A DNA stretch of 36,993 nt, taken from positions 1 through 36,993 of the forward strand of contig JAKBCB010000001.1 of NCBI GenBank assembly GCA_021808185.1, given 5' to 3'. This DNA is from Pseudomonadota bacterium (GTDB lineage: Bacteria; Pseudomonadota; Alphaproteobacteria; Acetobacterales; Acetobacteraceae). The notes beneath the pieces are model-generated. The model saw only the letters and a program-made list of their open reading frames with translations. It was not told the DNA's origin and did not search any database. The position numbers and the translations under genes were made by a program. Shown here in pieces: positions 9,404 to 18,800 of the stretch (its first letter is position 1; each line of letters opens with the position of its first letter).

Positions 9404-10063
9404 ATGCGAAATGTTCTCGGGCTGCTGCTGATGCTGGTGGGGGCGTTGCTCGGCACTGTCGCCACCGCCCACGCCACGGTGACGCTCGGCAACACGACCG
9501 TGGCCGACCAGTTCACCATCAACGAGCCCGGCGGGTGCATCGGCGGGTGCATTCCCATCGGCCAGGCCGGCTACATCGTCAACACCACCGCGCCGAACAT
9601 GATCGTCTCGGCCGGCGAGTACAAGTTTACCTTCCTTGGCGCCGGCGACTCCTTCCTGCCCAACATGTTCAGCGTGGCCGGCGGCGGGACGTTCTGTAGC
9701 CAGGCCGTGGCCGGCTGCAATGGCGGCGTGGCGTCGGTGATCGGCAGTTCGTTCGTGATGAACCTCGCCGCCGGCGACATCCCGTTCACGTTCACGGCCG
9801 ACGTGGGCGGCACCGCATGCCAGATCAGCAATAGTTCCACGACCAATGCCCTGCCGAACACCGGCTGCGCCTCGTATTTCGTGGGCCTGGGCAGCGGCGG
9901 CGTGGGCTATATCGGCCTGACCGATCAGGCATATCCCGGCGATCACGATTTTCAGGATCTCGCCGTGATGGTGCGGGGCGTGCCGGAGCCGGCAAGTCTC
10001 GCGCTGTTCGGCACGGCCTTGACCGGGCTGCTGATGCTGCGCCGCCGCCACGGCAGCATCTGA
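9404..10063 (+). CDS. PEP-CTERM sorting domain surface protein
   Basis: N-terminal signal peptide ending AHA. C-terminal VPEPASLALFGTALTGLLMLRRRH (PEP, TM segment, basic tail), preceded by an acidic DHDFQDLAV motif. GGAGG-type RBS. Confidence 0.93.
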   Translation: MRNVLGLLLMLVGALLGTVATAHATVTLGNTTVADQFTINEPGGCIGGCIPIGQAGYIVNTTAPNMIVSAGEYKFTFLGAGDSFLPNMFSVAGGGTFCSQAVAGCNGGVASVIGSSFVMNLAAGDIPFTFTADVGGTACQISNSSTTNALPNTGCASYFVGLGSGGVGYIGLTDQAYPGDHDFQDLAVMVRGVPEPASLALFGTALTGLLMLRRRHGSI

Positions 10064-10081
10064 GCCCCCCGCAGGTGGCCC

Positions 10082-10108
10082 GGGCGCGCGGTTCGCCGCG
10101 CGCCCTTT
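10082..10108 (+). terminator. Rho-independent terminator-like hairpin
   Basis: GGGCGCGCGG-TTCG-CCGCGCGCCC followed by TTT, lying between two convergent genes. Confidence 0.7.
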
Positions 10109-10127
10109 CGGCTGTCTTAATGCCCCC

Positions 10128-10328
10128 CTACTGCCCCACCGGCGCGCAGTTGGTGCGCCCCGCCATCACGCAATCCTGAATCCGACCGCTCTGGTGCAGC
10201 GCGCGGCTGAGCCAGAACGCGCCCACCACCAGCACGACCACCACGATCAACGCGATCAGCGCGCCCCGTCGCGGCGGCTGGTCCTCGGCGGCGGTGTCCT
10301 GCGGGGCATTGTCGGTCGGATCGGTCAT
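10128..10328 (-). CDS. Small single-pass membrane protein (66 aa) with C-terminal Cys pair
   Basis: MTDPTDNAPQD…RRGALIALIVVVVLVVGAFWL…IQDCVMAGRTNCAPV: acidic N-terminus, one TM segment, CxxxxxxxC tail. Confidence 0.75.
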   Translation of the reverse strand: MTDPTDNAPQDTAAEDQPPRRGALIALIVVVVLVVGAFWLSRALHQSGRIQDCVMAGRTNCAPVGQ

Positions 10329-10387
10329 GGCACCAGCGCGCGGGTTCGGTTGACAGAGTAGGAGTCGGACGGGCACGCCATTGCCGC

Positions 10388-11239
10388 ATGGTCCTCGCGC
10401 GCGCAATCGCCGGTCTGTTCGCCCTGCTGGTCCTCGCCGCCGGCCCCGCCCGCGCGGCCGACCGGTGGTTCCTCACCAGCGACGGCGTGCGGCTGCATTA
10501 TATCGAGGCGGGCGCCGGGCGCACCATAGTACTGGTGCCCGGCTGGACCATGCCGGCCTGGATCTTCGACGCGCAGATCGCCGATTTCTCCCGCCAGTAT
10601 CATGTCGTCGCGCTCGACCCGCGCGGCCAGGGCGAGAGCGACATCGCACGCGGCGGTTACGACCAGGACCGGCGCGGCGAGGATATTTCCGAACTGATCC
10701 GCCATGTCTCGACAACGCCCGTGCTGCTGGTCGGCTGGTCGCTCGGGGTGCTCGACAGCCTCGCCTACATCCACAATTCGGGCGACGCCGCCATCGCCGG
10801 CCTCGTGCTGGTGGACAATTCCGTGGGCGAGGACCCGCCGCCCGCGCCCTCCCGCCACCCCACGCACGCCTCTCGGCACCTGCCGCGTGCGACGATGATG
10901 CGGAATTTCGTCCGCGGCATGTTCCGCGCGCCGCAGCCGCCCGCCTATCTGGCGCACCTGACGCAGGCGTGCCTGCGCACGCCGGAATACGCGGCCTCCG
11001 AATTGCTGTCCTATCCGGTGCCGCGCACCTACTGGAAGGAAGCGGTGTACTCGACGGCGCATCCCGTGCTGTACATCGTCCGCCCGGGTCTCGCGGGGCA
11101 GGCGGAGAACCTGCGGCTGCACCATCCGGCGGCGGAATCGGTGGTCCTCCAGGGTGTCGGCCACGCGCTGTTCGTCGATGACCCGCGCAAGTTCGACGCG
11201 CTGGTGCGCGACTTCATCCGCCGGCGCGTGTGGCCGTGA
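10388..11239 (+). CDS. Exported alpha/beta-fold hydrolase (esterase-like)
   Basis: Signal peptide (…LLVLAAGPARA), VLVPGW, DPRGQGES, nucleophile elbow GWSLG and C-terminal GHALF. Confidence 0.9.
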   Translation: MVLARAIAGLFALLVLAAGPARAADRWFLTSDGVRLHYIEAGAGRTIVLVPGWTMPAWIFDAQIADFSRQYHVVALDPRGQGESDIARGGYDQDRRGEDISELIRHVSTTPVLLVGWSLGVLDSLAYIHNSGDAAIAGLVLVDNSVGEDPPPAPSRHPTHASRHLPRATMMRNFVRGMFRAPQPPAYLAHLTQACLRTPEYAASELLSYPVPRTYWKEAVYSTAHPVLYIVRPGLAGQAENLRLHHPAAESVVLQGVGHALFVDDPRKFDALVRDFIRRRVWP

Positions 11240-13671
11240 TCCCTGCCCGCTTCGGCCTGCTGCCGCTGTTCCTGGTCTCGCTCGGCAGCCTCGGGTTCGA
11301 GATCGCGCTGACCCGCTACTTCGCCGTCGCGAAATGGTCGGAGTATGGCTACTGGGTCATCTCCATCGTGCTCGCCGGCTTCGCACTGAGCGGCGTGGTG
11401 CTGGCCCTGGCGCGGGACTGGTTCGCCCGGCGCGGGCCGATCCTGCTGGCGTGGCTGCCGGCGGCGCTGATCCTGGCGGCGGCGGGCGGCTATCACCTCG
11501 TCACCACCAACCCGTTCAATCCGCTGCAATTGCAGAACCAGGCGACCTATGCGCCGCAGTTGTGGAACATCGCCGGGTACTATGCCTGTCTGCTGCCGTT
11601 CTTCTTCCTGACCGGCGTGTTCGTCAGCCTGAGCTTCGTGCTCAACCCCACCCGCATCGGCCGCGTCTACGGGGCCGATCTGACCGGCGCCGGCGCCGGC
11701 GCGCTGCTGGTGCTCGCGCTGATGGCGTTCGTGCATCCGTTCGACCTCGCGGCCTGCCTGCTGGTGCCGCTGGCGCTCGCAGCCCTGGCCAACCGCAAGG
11801 CCGTGCCGCTGCTCGCGGCGGTCGTGGCGCTGCTCGCCGGCGAGGCGCTCCTGCTCGGCGACAACGAGGCCGCGTTCAACGACTTCAAGGCGATCTACGC
11901 GCCGCTGCACGTCCCGGACTCGAAAACCCTCGCGGAAATCCGCTCGCCGCGCGGCCTGTACATGCTGCTCGACGACTTCACCGAGCGGGTGGATACCGAC
12001 GTCTCCAACGATGCCGGAATGCTCGGCCTGCCCGGTCCGCCGACCACGCTCGGCCTGTACCGCGACGGCAACCGCATCGCAGCGCTGCCGAAGCCGCCCG
12101 GCGCCAGTGCCACCTATGCCGGGGCCACGCTCGCCGCCCTGCCCTACGCGCTGCTCGTGCATCCGCGCGTGCTGCTCGCCGGCGCCTCCGGCGGCTTCCG
12201 CATCGCCGAGGCACGCGCGCTGGGCGCTGCCTCCGTGCTGGCGCTGGAGCCGGAGCCGATCCTGCGCGGCGCGCTGCGCGAGGGGCTGGCGACCTCCCCG
12301 GCCTTGCCGCCGGACCCGTCGGTGGCGATTTCGGCCGCAAGTCCCATCGCCGCCGTCGCGGGCGGGCAGACCTTCGACCTGATCGACATCTCCGCCGATT
12401 TCCTCGATTCGGGCGAGGCCAACGCCACCGCCTTCGCCGCCGAGGCGCTGGCAGCCGATCTGCGCGCGCTGGCACCCGGCGGCATCGTCTCCATTCCCGT
12501 CTCGATCCGCGAATTTCCCGCCTATGCCGTGCGCATGCTGGCAACCGCGCGGGCGGCGCTGCTGGCCCTTGGCATCGCCGATCCCGCGTCGCATGTCCTG
12601 GTGTATCGCTCGGCCTGGAACGTGCGCATCCTGCTCTCGCCGCGCGCATTCGGCCCGGAGCGGATCGCGGCGGCCCGGAAGTTCTGCGACGACCGCTCGT
12701 TCGATCTCTCGTTCTACCCCGGCATCGACGTCGCCGCCGCGCGCGCCGGCATCTACAACGACCTGCCGGACGTCTCGTTCGAGGCCGGCGAAGTTACCTC
12801 CGGGGACGGCGCGCACGACGCCATCGCCGACGAGGCGGGCGCGGTGCTGGCGGGGCAGGACACCGCCTCCTCGCGCAGCTTCAACCTCGCGCCCATCACC
12901 TACGACCGGCCGGCCTACTACGCGGTGCTGCGGCTCGATCGCCTCGGCACGCTGCTGCGCCGGCTGGAATTGCTGCCGCAGGCGGAGATCGGGCCGCTGG
13001 TCAATCTGGCCGTGCTGGCGCAGGCGCTGGTGATCGCGGCCCTGGTGCTGGCCGTGCCGCTGCTCGGCCACGGGCGCATCAGGGCACCCGGCGTGGGCAC
13101 GCTGCGGGCCGCGACGTATTTCGCGGCGCTCGGCCTCGGCTTCTTGTTCATCGAGATCTTCTTCATCGAGCGCGCCAGCTTCTACCTCAACGACCGCACC
13201 AGCGCGTTTGCCCTGGTGCTTACCGCCATGCTGATCTTCTCCGGCCTGGGCTCGATGCTGGCCGGGCGCTTCTCGGCCAATCCGCGCCGGGGCGTGGCGC
13301 TGGCGTGCGGCGTGGTGGTGGCGTGGTGTGCCGCGATGTGGCTCGGCTTGCAGCCGATGCTGCTAGCCAGCCTCGGCTGGCCGTTCCTGGTCCGCGCGCT
13401 GGTGGTGCTGGGCCTGCTCGCACCGGTCTCGGTCGCGCTCGGGCTGCCCTTCCCGCTCGGCCTGTCGCGCGCCGGCTCCGGTGCGTTCCTGCCCTGGGCC
13501 TGGGCGCTGAACGGCGCGTTCTCCGTGGTGTCCACGCCACTGGCCAACCTGATCGCGACACAGCGGGGCTATGACGGGGTTCTGTTGCTCGCGTTGTTGC
13601 TGTATCTGCTGTGCATAATCGTTTTCCCGAGTTCGAGGACCACCCAGTGGCAGGACGCCTCCGCCCCCTGA
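11236..13671 (+). CDS. Multi-pass membrane protein with central spermidine-synthase/SAM-methyltransferase-like domain
   Basis: About 7 N-terminal TM segments (FEIALTR, PFFFLTG, VYGADLTGAGAG). Soluble Rossmann-like domain (RVLLAGASGG…ALEPEP…FDLIDIS…LAPGG). PITYDRP, then about 7 C-terminal TMs (GLGFLFIEI, LGLPFP, WAWALNGAFSV). GTG 11236 overlaps the upstream TGA. Confidence 0.85.
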   Translation: MIPARFGLLPLFLVSLGSLGFEIALTRYFAVAKWSEYGYWVISIVLAGFALSGVVLALARDWFARRGPILLAWLPAALILAAAGGYHLVTTNPFNPLQLQNQATYAPQLWNIAGYYACLLPFFFLTGVFVSLSFVLNPTRIGRVYGADLTGAGAGALLVLALMAFVHPFDLAACLLVPLALAALANRKAVPLLAAVVALLAGEALLLGDNEAAFNDFKAIYAPLHVPDSKTLAEIRSPRGLYMLLDDFTERVDTDVSNDAGMLGLPGPPTTLGLYRDGNRIAALPKPPGASATYAGATLAALPYALLVHPRVLLAGASGGFRIAEARALGAASVLALEPEPILRGALREGLATSPALPPDPSVAISAASPIAAVAGGQTFDLIDISADFLDSGEANATAFAAEALAADLRALAPGGIVSIPVSIREFPAYAVRMLATARAALLALGIADPASHVLVYRSAWNVRILLSPRAFGPERIAAARKFCDDRSFDLSFYPGIDVAAARAGIYNDLPDVSFEAGEVTSGDGAHDAIADEAGAVLAGQDTASSRSFNLAPITYDRPAYYAVLRLDRLGTLLRRLELLPQAEIGPLVNLAVLAQALVIAALVLAVPLLGHGRIRAPGVGTLRAATYFAALGLGFLFIEIFFIERASFYLNDRTSAFALVLTAMLIFSGLGSMLAGRFSANPRRGVALACGVVVAWCAAMWLGLQPMLLASLGWPFLVRALVVLGLLAPVSVALGLPFPLGLSRAGSGAFLPWAWALNGAFSVVSTPLANLIATQRGYDGVLLLALLLYLLCIIVFPSSRTTQWQDASAP

Positions 13672-14561
13672 GCCGCCGAGACCTGCTTGCGGCATCGCTC
13701 GCCGCCCCCGCGCTGTTGACGGGGCCCGCGCGCGCCGCCAGCACCAGCCCGCTGCCGGCATGGAATCGCAAGACCTACGAGGAGGCGATGGCGCGCTCCG
13801 GCCGCCCCGTCTCGCTGACGGACGCGCAGTTCGAGGCGATCCAGGCGCGCAAGCCGGCCGCCATCAAGCGCATCGCGCAATACCTGAAGGACCATCTCGG
13901 CCACGCCGATCCCGCGGTGCTCCAGGCGTTCGAGGCGGTGCCGCGCGAGTATTTCCACTACATGTACGAGGGCCACCACTCGACCGGCGGCGACGCCTAC
14001 GAAGACAACCCCAAGCCCTGGGCGCTCGGCTACGGCTCGGCGCTGTCGGACTATCTGGGCCAGGCCTACATGACCCAGGTGTGCAAGCCGGGCCCAGAGG
14101 ACGTGACGCTGGAGATCGGCACCGGCAGCGGCTTCCAAAGCTCGCTGCTCAGCCGCATCGTCAAGCAGGCCTACTCGATCGAGATCATCGAGCCGCTGGG
14201 CAAGGCGGTCGGCAAGATCTTCGCCCCGCTCGGCTACGACAACATCCAGACCCGCGTCGGCGACGGCTATTACGGCTGGCCGGAGGTCGCGGGCGGCTTC
14301 GACATCATCATCGTCACCTGTGCCGCGCAGTACGCGCCGCCGGACCTGTTCAAGCAGCTCAAGCCCGGCGGGCGGATGCTGATCCCCATCGGCCAGCCGT
14401 TCAAGCGCGGCCAGTTTTTGTATGTCTATACCAAGGATGCCGAGGGGAAAGTGCATTCCCGCAAGGATGTGGGCGTCTTCTTCATCCCGATGACCGGCGC
14501 GATGATGAAGAATCCGCAGCCCGCCCCCGCCGCGCCGGCGGTGACCAACACCAACGGGTGA
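13647..14561 (+). CDS. Divergent protein-L-isoaspartate O-methyltransferase (PIMT/Pcm) homolog with twin-arginine signal
   Basis: VPREYF, LEIGTGSGFQ, SIEIIEPL, GDGYYGWPE, FDIIIVTCA, QLKPGGRMLIPIG and FIPM are PIMT hallmarks. N-terminus LSRRDLLAASLAAPALLTGPARA is Tat-like. GTG 13647 has a GAGGA RBS (alternative ATG 13611). Confidence 0.88.
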   Translation: MAGRLRPLSRRDLLAASLAAPALLTGPARAASTSPLPAWNRKTYEEAMARSGRPVSLTDAQFEAIQARKPAAIKRIAQYLKDHLGHADPAVLQAFEAVPREYFHYMYEGHHSTGGDAYEDNPKPWALGYGSALSDYLGQAYMTQVCKPGPEDVTLEIGTGSGFQSSLLSRIVKQAYSIEIIEPLGKAVGKIFAPLGYDNIQTRVGDGYYGWPEVAGGFDIIIVTCAAQYAPPDLFKQLKPGGRMLIPIGQPFKRGQFLYVYTKDAEGKVHSRKDVGVFFIPMTGAMMKNPQPAPAAPAVTNTNG

Positions 14562-14593
14562 CAGCCCGGCCGCGAACCAAACGGCCTTCGCTC

Positions 14594-14616
14594 CCCCCTC
14601 CCCTCGCGGGAGGGGG
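14594..14616. repeat. Short palindromic intergenic element (REP-like)
   Basis: CCCCCTCCC-CTCGC-GGGAGGGGG hairpin, of the type commonly dispersed in alphaproteobacterial intergenic regions. Only one copy is visible here. Confidence 0.5.
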
Positions 14617-14700
14617 CTTGCTGCTCCACCCGGTGCATCCGCGTTGCGAGGAGCCTCCGCGCCCCTTGCCCCCATGCTGCGCGTGCGAGATGATCCGCGC

Positions 14701-15828
14701 ATGAGCACACCGGACACCTACAGCTTCGAGGCCGTGGTGATCGGCGCCGGGATCGCGGGCGCCACCGCCGCCGCCCACCTCGCCGCCGACCGGCGCGTGG
14801 CACTGGTCGAGGCGGAGGAGAGTGCCGGCTACCACTCCACCGGCCGCTCGGCCGCGATCTGGATTCTCAATTACGGCCCGCCCGACGTGCAGGCGATGAC
14901 CGGCGCCTCGCGCCCGTTTTTCGAGAACCCGCCGCCGGGTTTTTCCGACACGCCGCTGATGGCGCGGCGCGGGGCGATGTTCCTCGCCCCCGCCGATCAG
15001 GTGGAGGCGCTGCACGCGCTGATGGCCACCGGCAGCCAGCTCAAGGAGATCTCGCCAGAGGCGGCGCGCGCCCGCGTACCCGCGATCCGGCCGGGCTACG
15101 CCGTCGCCGCCGCGATCGAGGACGACGCGTTCGACATGGACGTGGCCGCGCTGCATCAGGGCTTCCTGCGGCAGGTGCGCGCGGCGGGCGGCACCCTCGC
15201 GCTGCGCAGCCGGGCCGGGAAAATCGAGCGGCGCCACGGGCTGTGGCATGTCGAGGTCAGCACCGGGGCGGTGTTCTCCGCCCCTGTCGTGGTCAACGCC
15301 GCCGGCGCCTGGGGCGACGTGGTGGGCAAGATCGCGGGCGCGACCCCGCTCGGCCTGCAACCCCGGCGCCGCACCGGCGTCATCATCGACCCCGCGCCCT
15401 GGCACGTCACCGACTGGCCGATGGTCAACGACGTAAGCCACACCTGGTACATCCGGCCGGAGGCGCGCACGAAGCTGATGGTCTCCCCGGCGGACGAAAC
15501 CCCGGTCGATCCGCAGGACATCCAGCCCGACGAACTCGACATCGCCATCGCCATCGACAGCATGCAGCAGGCATTGGACATCGAGGTCCGCCGCGTCGAA
15601 CATTCCTGGGCCGGCCTGCGCAGTTTCGTGCCCGACCGCAGTTTCGCGCTCGGCTGGGACGCGAAGGCGGAGGGGTTTTTCTGGTGCATCGGCCAGGGGG
15701 GTTACGGCATCCAGACCTCGCCGGCCGCCGGCCGGCTGGTGGCCGATCTGGTGGCCGGGCGCGACCCTGGCGAACTTGGCCGGATTCTTGCGAAGATCGA
15801 TCCGCGTCGCTTCGCCGCGGCGCCGTAG
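14701..15828 (+). CDS. FAD-dependent oxidoreductase, DAO/glycine-D-amino-acid oxidase family
   Basis: VIGAGIAG, GYHSTGRSAA, VVNAAGAWGD, WAGLRSF and GQGGYGIQTSPA. Start ATG 14701. Confidence 0.92.
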   Translation: MSTPDTYSFEAVVIGAGIAGATAAAHLAADRRVALVEAEESAGYHSTGRSAAIWILNYGPPDVQAMTGASRPFFENPPPGFSDTPLMARRGAMFLAPADQVEALHALMATGSQLKEISPEAARARVPAIRPGYAVAAAIEDDAFDMDVAALHQGFLRQVRAAGGTLALRSRAGKIERRHGLWHVEVSTGAVFSAPVVVNAAGAWGDVVGKIAGATPLGLQPRRRTGVIIDPAPWHVTDWPMVNDVSHTWYIRPEARTKLMVSPADETPVDPQDIQPDELDIAIAIDSMQQALDIEVRRVEHSWAGLRSFVPDRSFALGWDAKAEGFFWCIGQGGYGIQTSPAAGRLVADLVAGRDPGELGRILAKIDPRRFAAAP

Positions 15829-15878
15829 CCTCTCGCCTGCGTTCCCGACGCCCCCACACCACCGGACGGTCCCGCCCG

Positions 15879-18800
15879 ATGTCGATCCATGCCGCGCTGA
15901 CGCACCGCACCTCCTATCGTTACGATCGCCCCGTCACGCTGGGGCCGCAAACGATCCGCCTGCGCCCGGCCCCGCACGCGCGCACCGCGGTGCTCAGCTA
16001 CACGCTGAACATCGCCCCCAAGCCGCATTTCCTGAACTGGTTGCAGGACCCGCAGGGCAATTTCCTGGCCCGCGTGGTGTTCCCGGAGAAGGTGACGCAT
16101 TTCGACGTGACGGTGGACCTCGTCGCCGACATGGCGACGATCAACCCGTTTGACTTCTTCCTGGAACCCGAGGCGGAAACCTGGCCGTTCGCCTACGATC
16201 CGGTGCTGGAGCAGGAACTGGCCCCGTTCCGCAAGCTGGAGCCGGCGGGGCCACTGCTGGCGGCGCTGCTCGCCGAGGTGCCGCGCCACGAGCGCCGCAC
16301 CGTCGATATGCTGGTCGAACTCAACAACATGGTGAAAGCCCGCACCGCCTACATCGTGCGGCTGGAGCCGGGGGTGTGGACGCCGGAGGAAACCCTCGGC
16401 GCCGGAAAGGGCAGTTGCCGCGATTCCGCGTGGCTCCTGGTGCATCTGCTGCGCAACCTCGGTTTCGCGGCACGCTTCGTCTCCGGCTACCTGATCCAGC
16501 TTGTCGCCGACGTGAAGCCGCTGGAAGGGCCGGAAGGGCCGGCCGCCGACTTCACCGACCTGCACGCCTGGGCCGAGGTGTACCTGCCCGGCGCCGGCTG
16601 GGTCGGGCTCGATGCCACCTCCGGCCTGATGGCGGGCGAGGGCCATATCCCGCTCGCCGCATCGCCCGAACCGCAATCGGCGGCGGCGATCTCCGGGCTG
16701 GTGGAAAAGGCGGAGACGACCTTCGACTTCGAGATGACGGTGCGCCGCATCGTCGAAACCCCGCGCGTGACCAAGCCGTACACACCGAAACAATGGCAGG
16801 ACATCCTGGCCACGGGCGCGCGCGTGGACCGCGCGCTGCTGGCAGGCGACGTGCGCCTGACCCTGGGCGGCGAGCCGACCTTCGTCGCCGCGACCGACCA
16901 GGACGCGCCGGAATGGAACACCGACGCGCTCGGGCCGACCAAGCGGCACTATGCCGGCAAGCTGATGCGCCGGTTGAGCCGGCTGTGGTCGCCGGGGGCG
17001 GCGCTGCAATACGCCCAGGGCAAGCAATATCCCGGTGAGCCGTTGCCGCGCTGGGCGCTGTATTCGCATTGGCGCGCGGACGGGGAGAAGGTGTGGCTCG
17101 ATCCGGGCCTGCTCGCCGACCCGGACCGCGATCGCGGCGGCGCGACGGCGGCCGACGCGGCGGCGTTCGCAACGGCACTCGCCGAGCGGTTGCAGGTCGA
17201 TCCCGGGGCGATCCTGCCGGCGCACGAGGACGTGCATTACTACCTGTGGAAGGAACACCGCCTGCCGGCGAACGTCGTCGCCGAGGACACCAAGCTGGCC
17301 GACCCGCTGGAGCGGGCGCGGATGGCACGGATTTTCGCGCAGGGACTCGCCTCGCCGGTCGGCAGCGTGCTGCCGCTGCGCGCGGTGGGCACCGACGGCA
17401 CGCGGCGCTGGGCGAGCGGGAAATGGTTCTTCCGGGGCGACACCATGTTCCTGATTCCCGGCGACAGCCCGATCGGCTACCGGCTGCCGCTGGACAGCCT
17501 GCCCTGGTTCGACCCCGAGAAGCAGGAACACGAGTTCGAGCGCGACCCGTTCGCCGAGCGCACACCGCTGCCGAGCCAGGCGACGCTGCGCCGCGCGCGC
17601 GGCGAGCGGCCGGGCTTGCCGTTCGTTGCGTTCCCGCAGTCCCAGCAGGTCGCCCCGGACGAGTGGCGCGACCAGCCGGACGCGGTGCGCACGGCACTCG
17701 CCATCGAGCCGCGCGGCGGCATCCTGCATGTGTTCTACCCGCCGCTGTTCACCGCCGAGGATTGGCTCGATCTGACGGCGGCGGTGGAGGCGACGGCGGC
17801 GGAGTTCGGCCGGCCGATCGTGCTGGAAGGCTATCTGCCCCCGTCGGACCCGCGCCTGCTGCATTTTTCCGTCACCCCGGACCCCGGCGTGATCGAGGTC
17901 AACGTGCACCCGGCCACAAGCTGGGCCGAGCATGTCGCGCGCACCGAGCAATTATACGAGGAAGCGCGGCAGGTCGGGCTGGCCACGGAAAAATTCATGC
18001 TCGACGGCAAGCATGTCGGCACCGGTGGCGGCAACCATGTGGTGATGGGCAGCACCAAGGCCGAGGACAGCCCGTTCCTGCGCCGGCCGGACCTGCTGAA
18101 AAGCCTGCTCGGCTTCTGGCACAACCACCCGAGCCTGTCGTTCCTGTTCGCCGGCCTGTTCATCGGCCCGACCAGCCAGCACCCGCGCATCGACGAGGCC
18201 CGCGACGACGCCATCGCGGAACTGGAAATCGCCTTCTCCCAGGTCACACCGTTCAAGCAGGTGCCGCCCTGGCTGACCGACCGGATTTTTCGCAACATTT
18301 TGTCCGACATGACGGGCAACACGCACCGGACGGAATTTTGTATCGACAAAATGTACGACCCCGCCGGCGGTTCCGGCCGGCGCGGGCTGGTGGAATTCCG
18401 CGCGTTCGAGATGCCGCCGCACGCGCAGATGTCGGCCGCCCAGATGCTGCTGATGCGCGCCGCCGTCGCCGCGTTCTGGCAGCACCCGTACGAGCGGCGG
18501 ATGGTGCGCTGGGGCACGCGGCTGCATGACGAGTTCATGCTGCCACACTATGCCACGCAGGATTTCTTCGACGCGCTGGAGGAACTTTCCGGCTGGGGCG
18601 TCAGGCTCGATCCGGCATGGTTCGCGCCGCATATCGAGTTCCGCTTCCCCAAGATCGGCGAGGTCGCGATGCATGGTGTGGAGCTGGAGCTGCGCAACGC
18701 GCTGGAGCCGTGGCATGTGCTGGCCGAGGATCAGGTCGCCGGCGGCACCGCCCGCTACGTGGACAGCTCGGCCGAGCGGGTGCAGGCGCGGGTCAGCGGC

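Noticed and set aside
15243-15878. N-terminal extension of the transglutaminase ORF
   Set aside because: It overlaps the DAO oxidoreductase in another frame; the family N-terminus (MSIHAAL) starts at 15879.
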